A stretch of 35,021 bases of DNA from an uncultured Chlorobiaceae bacterium (GCA_964353675.1 CAYGXH010000002.1:1-35021), one strand, 5' to 3'; shown: positions 17,208 through 25,681, counted from the first letter of the stretch. Numbers and translations are program-made. The notes: a model not told the origin generated them from the letters alone.

Positions 17208-17360
17208 AGAATATATTGAAGAGTAGCATCCTCTTTGTAATGCGGCATCCCGCTGTTTTGATAAATGATTTCTCCCGCGCAATGCTCTTCGTGGAACATT
17301 ATGGAAAATCCGATCAGGTATTAAAAGGATTGCCGGCTTCCCACAGTCGGACCATCCGGT

Positions 17361-18410
17361 TCATAACTTTGCCAGTTTGCTCTTCAGGTAATCAATTACC
17401 CGGACCGGAGTAGGATCGATGCCGTTGAGTATCGCGAGGTAGAAGCTCATCCAGTCGCCGAGGTAGATGAGCGAGAACATCCGGGCAAGGAGAGATTTTC
17501 CTTCGCTCTTCACTTCAATCACACGGGATGCGTACTGCTCCACGACACTTTTAGTTATTTCCATCCGTACTTTTACTCTTGGATGATCGTGCCCGTCACG
17601 CAGGAGCACAACGGCAAAATCTTCTTCCATCATGCGCCGAAGGACTTTCCATCCTACCAGCTCGTTGTGATTCATTTCCGGTAGAACATGACCATATGCG
17701 AGCGATTTTGCGTTCTCGGCAATCTGCCCGCGCCATCGCAGATTTACCACATCGAAATTATCTGCTCCCGAGTAAATGATCGGGCATTTCGTGTAGAGCT
17801 GTTTTGCCAGTTCAACAGCGGGATTCCTGCCTCTGATAACCGAGTACATTCCTGATTTTTTCTTCAGGAGACCGACCGTTTCCCGGATGTCCTTGGTCTT
17901 TCGTGAAATGAAACCCAATTTCGACAGCACTTCGAGGAGTGGAAAAAACGAGTATCCCAGGGCGGTGCGGGGCGGGAGACCCCGGGGGATCGTAATGAGC
18001 GGCTGATTGTATTTCAGCGCCATCTTTGCTGTCTCGCCGTTGGAAGTGATGCATATGATTTTCGCCTTGCGTTTCCGTGCTTCAGCATGGGCGGCTAATG
18101 TTTCCTCAGTATTACCTGAGTAACTTGATACAATAACGAGAGTACGGTGATCGACAAACTCAGGGAGAGTGTAGTTCCTGTTAACGACGAACGGTATTTC
18201 TAATTCACCCTGGACGTATGATCTGAGGAGATCTCCCCCTATGGCTGATCCCCCGAGCCCGGTCACGACGAGCGAGGTGATGCCTGTACTTTTGAATGGT
18301 ATCCTGCACTGTTTTCCGATCCGCACCGCATCCTCAACCTGGCGCGGGAAATTGCGGAGCAGTGAATACATATCATTCTGATCGTATCGTTGAACGCTTT
18401 GGAGATTCAT
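17361..18410 (-). CDS. Bifunctional phosphoglucose/phosphomannose isomerase family protein (SIS domain)
   Basis: 349 aa. GLGGSAIGGDLL and SYSGNTEET SIS motifs, and an N-terminus typical of the PGI/PMI family. SD AGGAA upstream. Confidence 0.75.
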   Translation of the reverse strand: MNLQSVQRYDQNDMYSLLRNFPRQVEDAVRIGKQCRIPFKSTGITSLVVTGLGGSAIGGDLLRSYVQGELEIPFVVNRNYTLPEFVDHRTLVIVSSYSGNTEETLAAHAEARKRKAKIICITSNGETAKMALKYNQPLITIPRGLPPRTALGYSFFPLLEVLSKLGFISRKTKDIRETVGLLKKKSGMYSVIRGRNPAVELAKQLYTKCPIIYSGADNFDVVNLRWRGQIAENAKSLAYGHVLPEMNHNELVGWKVLRRMMEEDFAVVLLRDGHDHPRVKVRMEITKSVVEQYASRVIEVKSEGKSLLARMFSLIYLGDWMSFYLAILNGIDPTPVRVIDYLKSKLAKL

Positions 18411-18470
18411 AGATTCCTAGCAATTTTATTGTTATGAGGGATGTTCGACATTTATAAACTGGAATATTGT

Positions 18471-20237
18471 TTAATCTGTATTCATAGGTATATCCGGCAG
18501 ATTTTTCTTAAAATATCTTTTCATGAGCTGTTCAACCTCTCCGCTCGTCGTAGAGGCGAGCGCTCTGGCGGCAAGTGTCTGCATCTCGTTGTAATCAAGA
18601 GAACGGATGATTTTCTTTATCTCCGGAAGAACGGCAGGGACAACGCTCAATTCATCCATACCCAGGCCGACGAGCAGAGGTGTCGCGAGCGGATACCCGG
18701 CCATTTCACCGCAAATGCCCACCCAGATCCCCTGCTTATGGCCGCCGTTTATAATGTGTTTGATTGTAACCAGGACGCTCGGATCAAATTCGCGGTACAA
18801 TTTCGCCACGAGCGGATTGCCACGATCCACCGCAAGGATATACTGTGTGAGATCATTCGATCCGATGCTGAGGAAGTCGACTTCGGCTGCAATCTGTGAT
18901 ACCATTAATGCGGCGGCAGGCACCTCGATCATAACGCCGACCGGCATTTTCTCGTAGTATTTGATGCCCCGGGTGCGAAGGTCCGCCTTTGCCATACGGA
19001 CGTACACCTTGGCTTTTCGTACTTCCTCAATTGTTGTGACCATGGGAAACATGATACAAAGATTTTTTCGTGTGCTTGCACGCAGCATCGCCCGTAACTG
19101 ATTCAGGAAGAGTTCAGGTCTGTCCAGACCGACCCGGATACCGCGCCAGCCGAGGAACGGATTTGATTCTTCAGCCATCGTGGGCGCCACTTTATCCCCG
19201 CCTATATCGAATGTCCGCATGATCACACGATTCGGATAGATCCGTTCCACAATTTTTTTATACTCAAGATACTGCTCTTCCTCAGACGGAAAATCATCAC
19301 GGTCGAGCAGCAGGCTTTCCGTCCGGTAGAGTCCGACGCCCTGTGATCCCTGTACGACCACATAATCCAATTCATCGGCAAGTTCGATATTTGCCGATAA
19401 TTCGATGCGGTGTCCGTCTTTTGTCTCGGCAGGGAGATCTTTCAGACTGGCGAGTTTCTGTTCAAACGCATGCATTCTCGCCCGTTTTTGCTCATAGTCT
19501 CGAACATGTTCCGGCGCAGGATTCACAATCACATGACCTGTATAACCGTCGAGAATGACAGTATCACCGGAATTCACTTGCCTGCTTATGTCGCCGAGAC
19601 CGACTACCGCCGGTATTTTCAAGGAACGGGAAAACAGTGCGGCGTGTGATGTTATGCCACCTAGATCGGTTGCATAGGCAAGGACATGGTTTCTGCTCAA
19701 AATCATTGTGTCTGCTGGAGTCAGGGTGTGGGCAATTATAATGAGAGAGCCCTCCAGTTTCGAAATAAGTCTTTCCTGCAGCATATTGCGGATGATGCGA
19801 TGCTTGAGGTCGTCCATATCATGCGCGCGTTCATGCATATACTCATCATGAGCCTTGAGCATGAGCCCGGCATATTTCCCAATTTCATCATTCACAACGT
19901 ATTCGGCATTTTTGCATTCTTTTTCAATGCGTCCCCGTATTGCATCGAGCAGTACCTGGTCGTCCAGCACCATGATTTGTGCTTCAAGAATTTTTGATTT
20001 TGCCTCACCGATTTTTTCCTGTGCAAAGAGTAGGATTTTATTCAACTGTCTCTTCGATTTTTCGACAGCATTATTGAGGCGTACTTTCTCTTCCTCTGTC
20101 TCGTTCCCGCTCACGGATCGTTCCTCTACTACCGGTACATCTTTTATAAATAGGTATGTTGATCCGATAGCGATACCGGGCGAAGCAGGTATTCCTTTCA
20201 GCACAATTTCCCGTTTAACTGCAGTTATCCCCGTCAT
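18471..20237 (-). CDS. ptsI: Phosphoenolpyruvate-protein phosphotransferase (PTS Enzyme I)
   Basis: 588 aa. Phospho-His region GGITSHAALFSRSLKIPAVVG. PEP-utilising C-terminal motifs (FLSIGSNDLTQY, CGEMAG). Confidence 0.93.
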   Translation of the reverse strand: MTGITAVKREIVLKGIPASPGIAIGSTYLFIKDVPVVEERSVSGNETEEEKVRLNNAVEKSKRQLNKILLFAQEKIGEAKSKILEAQIMVLDDQVLLDAIRGRIEKECKNAEYVVNDEIGKYAGLMLKAHDEYMHERAHDMDDLKHRIIRNMLQERLISKLEGSLIIIAHTLTPADTMILSRNHVLAYATDLGGITSHAALFSRSLKIPAVVGLGDISRQVNSGDTVILDGYTGHVIVNPAPEHVRDYEQKRARMHAFEQKLASLKDLPAETKDGHRIELSANIELADELDYVVVQGSQGVGLYRTESLLLDRDDFPSEEEQYLEYKKIVERIYPNRVIMRTFDIGGDKVAPTMAEESNPFLGWRGIRVGLDRPELFLNQLRAMLRASTRKNLCIMFPMVTTIEEVRKAKVYVRMAKADLRTRGIKYYEKMPVGVMIEVPAAALMVSQIAAEVDFLSIGSNDLTQYILAVDRGNPLVAKLYREFDPSVLVTIKHIINGGHKQGIWVGICGEMAGYPLATPLLVGLGMDELSVVPAVLPEIKKIIRSLDYNEMQTLAARALASTTSGEVEQLMKRYFKKNLPDIPMNTD

Positions 20238-20240
20238 AAT

Positions 20241-20504
20241 CTACTCATCGAAACCGCTCTCAATCAGATCGATGACGCATCGGGCAGCTTCTTCTTCATC
20301 TGGCCCTGAAAATCTCAGGGTAAGCTTTGCACCCTGCTCCGCCGCGAGCGTCATCACTCCGATTATACTTTTACCGTTTATTTCCATACCGTCCTTGTTT
20401 ATAAAAAAATCAGATTTAAACTTTGCCGCCGTTTTCACCAGGGTTGCCGCGGGTCGTGTATGTAAACCGCTCCTATTGATGATGGTAACCTCGCGCTCAA
20501 TCAT
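20241..20504 (-). CDS. ptsH: Phosphocarrier protein HPr
   Basis: 87 aa. His15 in SGLHTRPA and Ser46 in NGKSIIGVM. Its ATG overlaps the stop of the polyprenyl synthase (ATGA at 20501-20504). Confidence 0.92.
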   Translation of the reverse strand: MIEREVTIINRSGLHTRPAATLVKTAAKFKSDFFINKDGMEINGKSIIGVMTLAAEQGAKLTLRFSGPDEEEAARCVIDLIESGFDE

Positions 20505-21502
20505 GAGGTACGGTCACTCAATTGATCCGCAAGCCATATGAGGAGCTCCCTGGATCTGCCGTGTCGGATTGGCTTCAGAGCATCCTTTGCTTTCCGGGTG
20601 CAGCGGCGTATCTCTTTTTTTGCGGCTGTAACTGCACCTGTGTGCAAATATATATGTTTTATGCGATCAACATTCCGGGGATTCAGCCGGTTACCCGGGA
20701 TAACCGACCGCAGTAATTTCCGGTCCGACCCCTTCGCCGTCTGCATTGCCTTGAGAAGAAGATATGTTTTTTTGCCTTCGTAAATATCTCCGCCGATATT
20801 TTTCCCGAATTCCTTTTCATTACCCATGACATCCAGGTAATCATCCATTATCTGGAACGCTCGACCGAGCTGCCGTCCGTATGTCCGCAAAGCGCTGATG
20901 GTCCGATTTGCTCCCGAACCGATGATTGCGCCAATTTCGGCCGCAGCTGCGATCACCACGCCGGTTTTTTTTGAAATCATTCGGTAGTATTCATCGAGTG
21001 TCACTGGATGACGTCTTTCAAACTCTTTGTCAAATCCCTGTCCTTCACAAACCTGGACAAGCGCATCGGTGTAGACACAGAGAATGTTCATCATACGCGG
21101 GGAGGATGTGCGGAGAAGCATTGCGTATGCCTGTGCGATCATTTCATCGCCGGAGAGGATCGCTACATGAGCATCCCATTTCGCATGAACGGTCGGCTTT
21201 CCCCGACGCAGATGTGCGTTATCCATGACATCGTCGTGTACCAGCGTAAAATTATGGAGTACTTCCATTGCTGCAGCGGCGTGAATCGCCCGGTTAATTT
21301 TGCCGCCAGCCGCTTCGCACGCGAGCAGAACGAGAACTGCCCGGAACCTCTTACCACCTGTGGCGAGAGCGTAACGTATCGGCTCGTATACAATCTTTGG
21401 CTCCCGTACCGACGCTAGGACACCGAGCCGTTTCTCGACTTTCCTTCTATAGCCGTCGTAACTCTCGTTAAATTTTTCTCTTGGGGCAGCACGGGAATTC
21501 AT
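20501..21502 (-). CDS. Polyprenyl diphosphate synthase (trans-isoprenyl; chain length undetermined, possibly short-chain)
   Basis: First Asp-rich motif LVHDDVMDNAHLRRG and second FQIMDDYLD. The ORF-track start at 21667 is a TTG that would overlap coaX by 53 nt. The ATG at 21502 (MNSRAAP...) gives 333 aa. Phe five residues before the first DDxxD hints at a short product (inference). Confidence 0.85.
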   Translation of the reverse strand: MNSRAAPREKFNESYDGYRRKVEKRLGVLASVREPKIVYEPIRYALATGGKRFRAVLVLLACEAAGGKINRAIHAAAAMEVLHNFTLVHDDVMDNAHLRRGKPTVHAKWDAHVAILSGDEMIAQAYAMLLRTSSPRMMNILCVYTDALVQVCEGQGFDKEFERRHPVTLDEYYRMISKKTGVVIAAAAEIGAIIGSGANRTISALRTYGRQLGRAFQIMDDYLDVMGNEKEFGKNIGGDIYEGKKTYLLLKAMQTAKGSDRKLLRSVIPGNRLNPRNVDRIKHIYLHTGAVTAAKKEIRRCTRKAKDALKPIRHGRSRELLIWLADQLSDRTS

Positions 21503-21508
21503 GGAAGT

Positions 21509-21537
21509 ATAATAACAAAACATGGTGTGAGAATCAA
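21509..21537 (-). promoter_or_regulatory. Candidate sigma70-type promoter placed for a leaderless polyprenyl synthase-ptsH-ptsI transcript
   Basis: The minus strand reads TTGATT-ctcacaccatgttttgt-TATTAT (17-nt spacer), then acttcc, then the ATG at 21502. No SD lies in between. Confidence 0.35.
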
Positions 21538-21561
21538 GAAAACGGAAATACGAGTCTGGTT

Positions 21562-21596
21562 GGAGGATTTCCGGGTATGTACGGATTTTTTCCTCC
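21562..21596 (-). terminator. Imperfect hairpin downstream of coaX (possible terminator, no U-tract)
   Basis: The minus strand reads GGAGGA-aaaaa-TCCG-tacatacc-CGGA-aa-TCCTCC. It starts 18 nt after the coaX stop and lies upstream of the candidate promoter at 21509-21537. Confidence 0.25.
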
Positions 21597-21614
21597 TTCA
21601 GGTGTGGGGTATCC

Positions 21615-22394
21615 TTACTTTTTGCTTTTTTTTCCCATTTTTTCGAAAATGATCCTCGCTCCTTCAAGGACTAGGTTGGGTTCCATGTACTTAATTTCGT
21701 TCGTCATTTCTATAATGAAGGGCGCCAATCCTCCCGTGGCAATGACGGTTGCGTATTTACCTGCAATCCGCCGCAATCTGCGAATCATTCCCTCGAATCC
21801 GTCGAGAGCATAGTACATCACCCCGGATTGGATTGCATCCCTTGTGTTTTTTCCGATCACTTGCGCCGGAAACTGGAACGAAGCTCTGGAAAGTAATGCA
21901 GTTTTCTCCGCAAGGTTGACTGCCGCTGTCCTGATACCCGGGGCGATGACCCCGCCGATGTATTCCCCTTTACTCGAGATAACGTCATAGGTTGTTGCCG
22001 TACCGAAGTCCACAACAATTGCAGGACCGCCAAATTTCTTCAGAGCTGCCGCCACAGCGCATATCCGGTCGGCACCTAATTGGGACGGGTCGTCGTACGG
22101 AATGGTGAATCCGACATCGAGTGAACCCGAGACAACAATCGGTTTAAATGCCAAATATTTTTCTACAGCCCGAACAGCAAGGTCCGTGAGGGAAGGTACC
22201 ACGGACGCAATGATGACGCTCTGAATGGCAGCAGTGGAGAGATTCCCGAGTTCACAGTACTCCTTAACGAGAACCCACAATTCATCTTCGGTTCTCTGCA
22301 GAGAACTTGCCAAGCGTTTGTTGAGCACCAACTTACCTTTCTGGAAAACACCCACAACAGTGTGTGTGTTGCCGATGTCAAATACGAGTATCAT
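21615..22394 (-). CDS. coaX: Type III pantothenate kinase
   Basis: MILVFDIGNTHTVVGVF N-terminus, GADR and DFGTATT motifs. I chose the ATG at 22394 over the TTG at 22412. It overlaps the birA end by 17 nt. Confidence 0.9.
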   Translation of the reverse strand: MILVFDIGNTHTVVGVFQKGKLVLNKRLASSLQRTEDELWVLVKEYCELGNLSTAAIQSVIIASVVPSLTDLAVRAVEKYLAFKPIVVSGSLDVGFTIPYDDPSQLGADRICAVAAALKKFGGPAIVVDFGTATTYDVISSKGEYIGGVIAPGIRTAAVNLAEKTALLSRASFQFPAQVIGKNTRDAIQSGVMYYALDGFEGMIRRLRRIAGKYATVIATGGLAPFIIEMTNEIKYMEPNLVLEGARIIFEKMGKKSKK

Positions 22395-23157
22395 ACGATA
22401 CATCCCCTGCAAGTATTTTTATTTTCTCATCTTTACTACTAATAATCAAACCACCGTCCTCCGCTACATCCTCAGCAATACCATTAATTACTTGCCCGTC
22501 AATGTTAATGAACACCTCTCTGCCAAAATGAAAAGACAATTTTATCCATTCATCAAGAATATCACGTTTGTAACCCTCGCCGAGTCTCCTGAAGTTTTTT
22601 TCCAGATGCTGCAGGATCTCGGCAAGCAATTCGTATCGATCCAGCTCTTTTCCGGTAAGCATTGACAGTGATATTGTTCGTTCAGCAATTTCAGTAGGGA
22701 ATATTTTCTGGTTCACGTTGATTCCGATTCCCAAACTTATTCCCGGATGATGTCCATCATGCAGTACTGTTTCCGGTAGGATTCCACAGAACTTCTTACC
22801 GCTGGCCAACACATCGTTGGGCCATTTACACTCAACGGGTAATCCGTACAAAGTCTGAACAGCTTTTGCTACAGAGAGAGCCGCCGTGAGAGATGTCAAA
22901 CTTAGAGAATCCCGGTCGATGCGCGGTTTTATTATCAGAGAGAACAGCAGATTTTTTCCATTCTCCGAAAACCACCCCTTCCCTCGCCGTCCGCGACCTG
23001 CTGTTTGTTCCTCCGCTATTACGAGAGTCCCCTCTTGCTCTCCGCCTCTTATCAATTCTAAGGCGCGAAGATTTGTGGAATCAACTACATCGTATACTCG
23101 GATCCGTTTACCGAATACTTCCGACTTCATCCGCCTGCTGATTTCTACTTTATTCAT
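22378..23157 (-). CDS. birA: Biotin-[acetyl-CoA-carboxylase] ligase (class I, no N-terminal HTH)
   Basis: DSTN, EEQTAGRGRRGKGW and KWPNDV motifs. The ORF-track start at 23187 is a TTG inside TTGACA. The ATG at 23157 is used here, and the ATG at 23130 is also possible. Confidence 0.88.
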   Translation of the reverse strand: MNKVEISRRMKSEVFGKRIRVYDVVDSTNLRALELIRGGEQEGTLVIAEEQTAGRGRRGKGWFSENGKNLLFSLIIKPRIDRDSLSLTSLTAALSVAKAVQTLYGLPVECKWPNDVLASGKKFCGILPETVLHDGHHPGISLGIGINVNQKIFPTEIAERTISLSMLTGKELDRYELLAEILQHLEKNFRRLGEGYKRDILDEWIKLSFHFGREVFINIDGQVINGIAEDVAEDGGLIISSKDEKIKILAGDVSYDTRI

Positions 23158-23165
23158 AGCGATTC

Positions 23166-23194
23166 GATATAGTAAAAATGCTGTCAAAAGTCAA
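23166..23194 (-). promoter_or_regulatory. Candidate sigma70-type promoter of birA-coaX
   Basis: The minus strand reads TTGACT-tttgacagcatttttac-TATATC (17-nt spacer). The -10 ends 8 nt before the ATG at 23157. Confidence 0.35.
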
Positions 23195-23340
23195 GGTCAT
23201 AATCGTGACATAATATCACTTTTATGACAACGACGTGACATATACTGTCATTATGGCATATTATCCCACTTATATGATATTTTACATACCCTTTTTCAAT
23301 CAAATTCAGCGATAATTTCCAACCGTTTTTGGCACAGCTA

Positions 23341-23367
23341 TTGACTATTATATAGAGAGATTAAAAT
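23341..23367 (+). promoter_or_regulatory. Candidate promoter of dnaK
   Basis: TTGACT (23341-23346) and TAAAAT (23362-23367), but with a short 15-nt spacer. About 45 nt upstream of the dnaK ATG. SD GAGGAAAAG at 23401-23409. Confidence 0.3.
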
Positions 23368-23411
23368 CAAATAATTTATAGATTCAATGTTTTTAATTAC
23401 GAGGAAAAGAT

Positions 23412-25352
23412 ATGACCGGGAAAATAATTGGTATTGACTTAGGAACCACAAATTCAGTTGTTGCGGTAATGGAAGGGAAGGATCCCACCGTCATTGCGAA
23501 CGCAGAGGGTGGACGTACGACACCGTCCGTAGTTGGTTTTACAAAAGGCGGTGAGCGCCTTGTCGGTCAATCAGCAAAGCGACAGGCAGTTACCAATTCT
23601 CAAAACACGGTCTTTTCAATCAAGCGATTTATGGGACGCTTTTACCATGAAGTAAATGAGGAGATGAAGCTGGTCCCTTACAAAGTAATTCAGGGTGATA
23701 ACAACACCGCCCGCGTTCAGGTCGGTGACCGAATTTACTCACCGCCTGAGATCAGCGCAATGATTCTTCAGAAAATGAAACAGACGGCCGAAGATTACCT
23801 CGGTACAAAAATTACAGAAGCAGTTATTACAGTACCCGCCTACTTTAACGACGCACAGCGTCAGGCAACAAAAGAAGCAGGCGAAATTGCCGGCTTCAAT
23901 GTCCGCCGTATCATCAATGAACCGACAGCCGCAGCGCTCGCTTATGGTCTGGATAAAAAGCAGAAGGATGTCAAGGTCGCCGTCTTTGACCTGGGAGGAG
24001 GAACTTTTGACATTTCCGTACTCGAGCTCGGAGAGGGTGTCTTCGAAGTTAAATCGACAAACGGTGATACACACCTCGGCGGTGATAACTTTGATCAGCG
24101 CCTTGTTGATTACATTGCGGATGAATTCAGGAAACAGGAGGGAATCGACCTGCGCAAAGACCCGATGGCTCTTCAGCGTCTTCGTGAAGCATCGGAAAAA
24201 GCGAAGATGGAACTCTCTCAGCTTCTTCAGACAGAAGTAAATCTGCCTTTCATCACTGCAACTCAGGAAGGACCGAAGCATCTTAACCTAACCATAACCC
24301 GGGCAAAATTTGAACAGCTTGTTGAAGATCTCATTCGGAGATGCGTACCGCCCGTTGAGAAGGCGCTGCATGACGCAGGACTTATGCCGAACCAGATCGA
24401 CGAAATTATTCTCGTCGGCGGAATGACCCGCGTTCCGAGAGTACAACAACTCGTGAAGGATATCTTCGGGAAGGAAGGCCACAAAGGTGTTAACCCGGAC
24501 GAGGTAGTCGCAGTGGGAGCTGCCATCCAGGGCGGCGTTCTAACCGGCGATGTGACTGATGTCTTACTGCTCGATGTTACTCCGCTGACCTTGGGCATTG
24601 AGACGCTTGGCGGCGTCATGACACAGATGATACAGGCAAATACAACAATACCGACACGTAAGAGCGAGATATTTTCTACAGCATCAGACAGCCAGCCCTC
24701 GGTCGAAATACACATTCTGCAGGGCGAGCGGCCCATGGCTATGGACAATCGGACGCTCGGGCGGTTCCACCTTGACGGCATACCCCCGGCACCACGCGGG
24801 ATACCGCAGATCGAGGTTACATTCGACATAGACGCAAATGGCATGCTCCACGTGACCGCGAAAGACAAGGCAACTAACAAAGAACAGAGCATCCGCATCA
24901 CTTCATCGAGCGGCCTCACAAAGGAGGAAATCGAAAAGATGAAGAGGGATGCCCAGGAGCATCAAACCGACGACAAGAAACACCGCGAGGAAGTCGACAT
25001 AAAAAATCAGGCCGATAATCTTGTTTTCCAGACACGGAAGCAATTAAAAGATTTCGGCGATAAAATACCGGCAAACCTCAAATCTAAAGTGGAATCCGCG
25101 GCAGATGCACTCGATGCCGCCATAAAAGCCGGGAATGTATCGGAAATCAAAGAAAAAATGGAATCATTGAATGCCGCATGGAACGAAGCCTCATCAGTGA
25201 TGTATCAGCAGACAACCGCTCAGGGACAACCCCAGGGTGGACCACAGCCTCCACCGGAGGGACAAACTGGTCCGGCTGACAACAGCGGCAAGAAAGACGA
25301 TAAGGTTGTCGAAGACGCATCCTTCGAAGTTGTAGATGATAAAGATAAGTAA
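23412..25352 (+). CDS. dnaK: Molecular chaperone DnaK (Hsp70)
   Basis: 646 aa. [18 protein letters not shown] and VGGMTRVP Hsp70 signatures. Confidence 0.97.
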   Translation: MTGKIIGIDLGTTNSVVAVMEGKDPTVIANAEGGRTTPSVVGFTKGGERLVGQSAKRQAVTNSQNTVFSIKRFMGRFYHEVNEEMKLVPYKVIQGDNNTARVQVGDRIYSPPEISAMILQKMKQTAEDYLGTKITEAVITVPAYFNDAQRQATKEAGEIAGFNVRRIINEPTAAALAYGLDKKQKDVKVAVFDLGGGTFDISVLELGEGVFEVKSTNGDTHLGGDNFDQRLVDYIADEFRKQEGIDLRKDPMALQRLREASEKAKMELSQLLQTEVNLPFITATQEGPKHLNLTITRAKFEQLVEDLIRRCVPPVEKALHDAGLMPNQIDEIILVGGMTRVPRVQQLVKDIFGKEGHKGVNPDEVVAVGAAIQGGVLTGDVTDVLLLDVTPLTLGIETLGGVMTQMIQANTTIPTRKSEIFSTASDSQPSVEIHILQGERPMAMDNRTLGRFHLDGIPPAPRGIPQIEVTFDIDANGMLHVTAKDKATNKEQSIRITSSSGLTKEEIEKMKRDAQEHQTDDKKHREEVDIKNQADNLVFQTRKQLKDFGDKIPANLKSKVESAADALDAAIKAGNVSEIKEKMESLNAAWNEASSVMYQQTTAQGQPQGGPQPPPEGQTGPADNSGKKDDKVVEDASFEVVDDKDK

Positions 25353-25402
25353 TTGTTCAAGGACCTGAGCAGATGGATCTACTCAGACCGTGAAGAGGCA
25401 TA

Positions 25403-25681
25403 ATGACGGCAGAAATACTTATATATATTATCATTTTCCAGGCCCTCGTCATTTTCCTGATAATCGCCACAAAGAAACGCTGGATTTCGTGGAAGGGCGG
25501 ACATGGTATTGCTCACCTTACCGCTTTCCACGATTTTCAACCAAAGGATAAACAATCCGCAATCGAAATAATTGTAGAACAGAAAGCACATAAAAAAATG
25601 GAAGAACAGGAAAGCGGTCAGGGAAAGTTACCTAAAGAAAGAATAGACACAGATAATGAATCTTCAGAAATTCACAATTAA
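25403..25681 (+). CDS. Hypothetical small membrane-anchored protein
   Basis: 92 aa. One N-terminal hydrophobic helix ([23 protein letters not shown]) and a charged Lys/Glu-rich tail. SD-like GAAGAGG lies 4 nt before the ATG. The 3' end overlaps the clpB start by 26 nt. I recognise no family. Confidence 0.45.
   Translation: MTAEILIYIIIFQALVIFLIIATKKRWISWKGGHGIAHLTAFHDFQPKDKQSAIEIIVEQKAHKKMEEQESGQGKLPKERIDTDNESSEIHN

Noticed and set aside
19855-20541. 228-aa plus-strand ORF spanning the ptsI N-terminus, ptsH and the end of the polyprenyl synthase
   Set aside because: It lies antisense to three genes with strong motif support. Its Ser/Ile/Phe-rich low-complexity translation is typical of a shadow frame, and I saw no SD or promoter.
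23330-23345. Sigma54-like TGGCAC-N5-TTGA upstream of dnaK
   Set aside because: The -12 element reads TTGA rather than the near-invariant TTGC. The TTGAC also forms a good sigma70-type -35 (TTGACT) seen at three other promoters in the window. No enhancer-binding-protein gene is nearby.
23188-23411. The strand switch (all genes minus to the left, all plus to the right) as a possible replication origin
   Set aside because: The spacer is only 224 bp. It has one degenerate DnaA-box-like TTATCCCAC (23261-23269) and no clustered TTATCCACA boxes. No dnaA, dnaN or gidA is nearby. The layout is explained more simply by divergent birA and dnaK promoters. A genome-wide cumulative GC-skew plot would settle it.
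23739-24919. Two minus-strand ORFs (180 aa and 218 aa) inside dnaK
   Set aside because: They are antisense shadows of a highly conserved Hsp70 gene and are compositionally biased (Ser/Thr/Pro/Cys-rich).
25379-25591. 70-aa minus-strand ORF between dnaK and clpB
   Set aside because: It lies opposite to the flanking operon direction and has no SD. The plus-strand ORF has an SD and a clean TM-plus-charged-tail architecture, so the plus frame is preferred.
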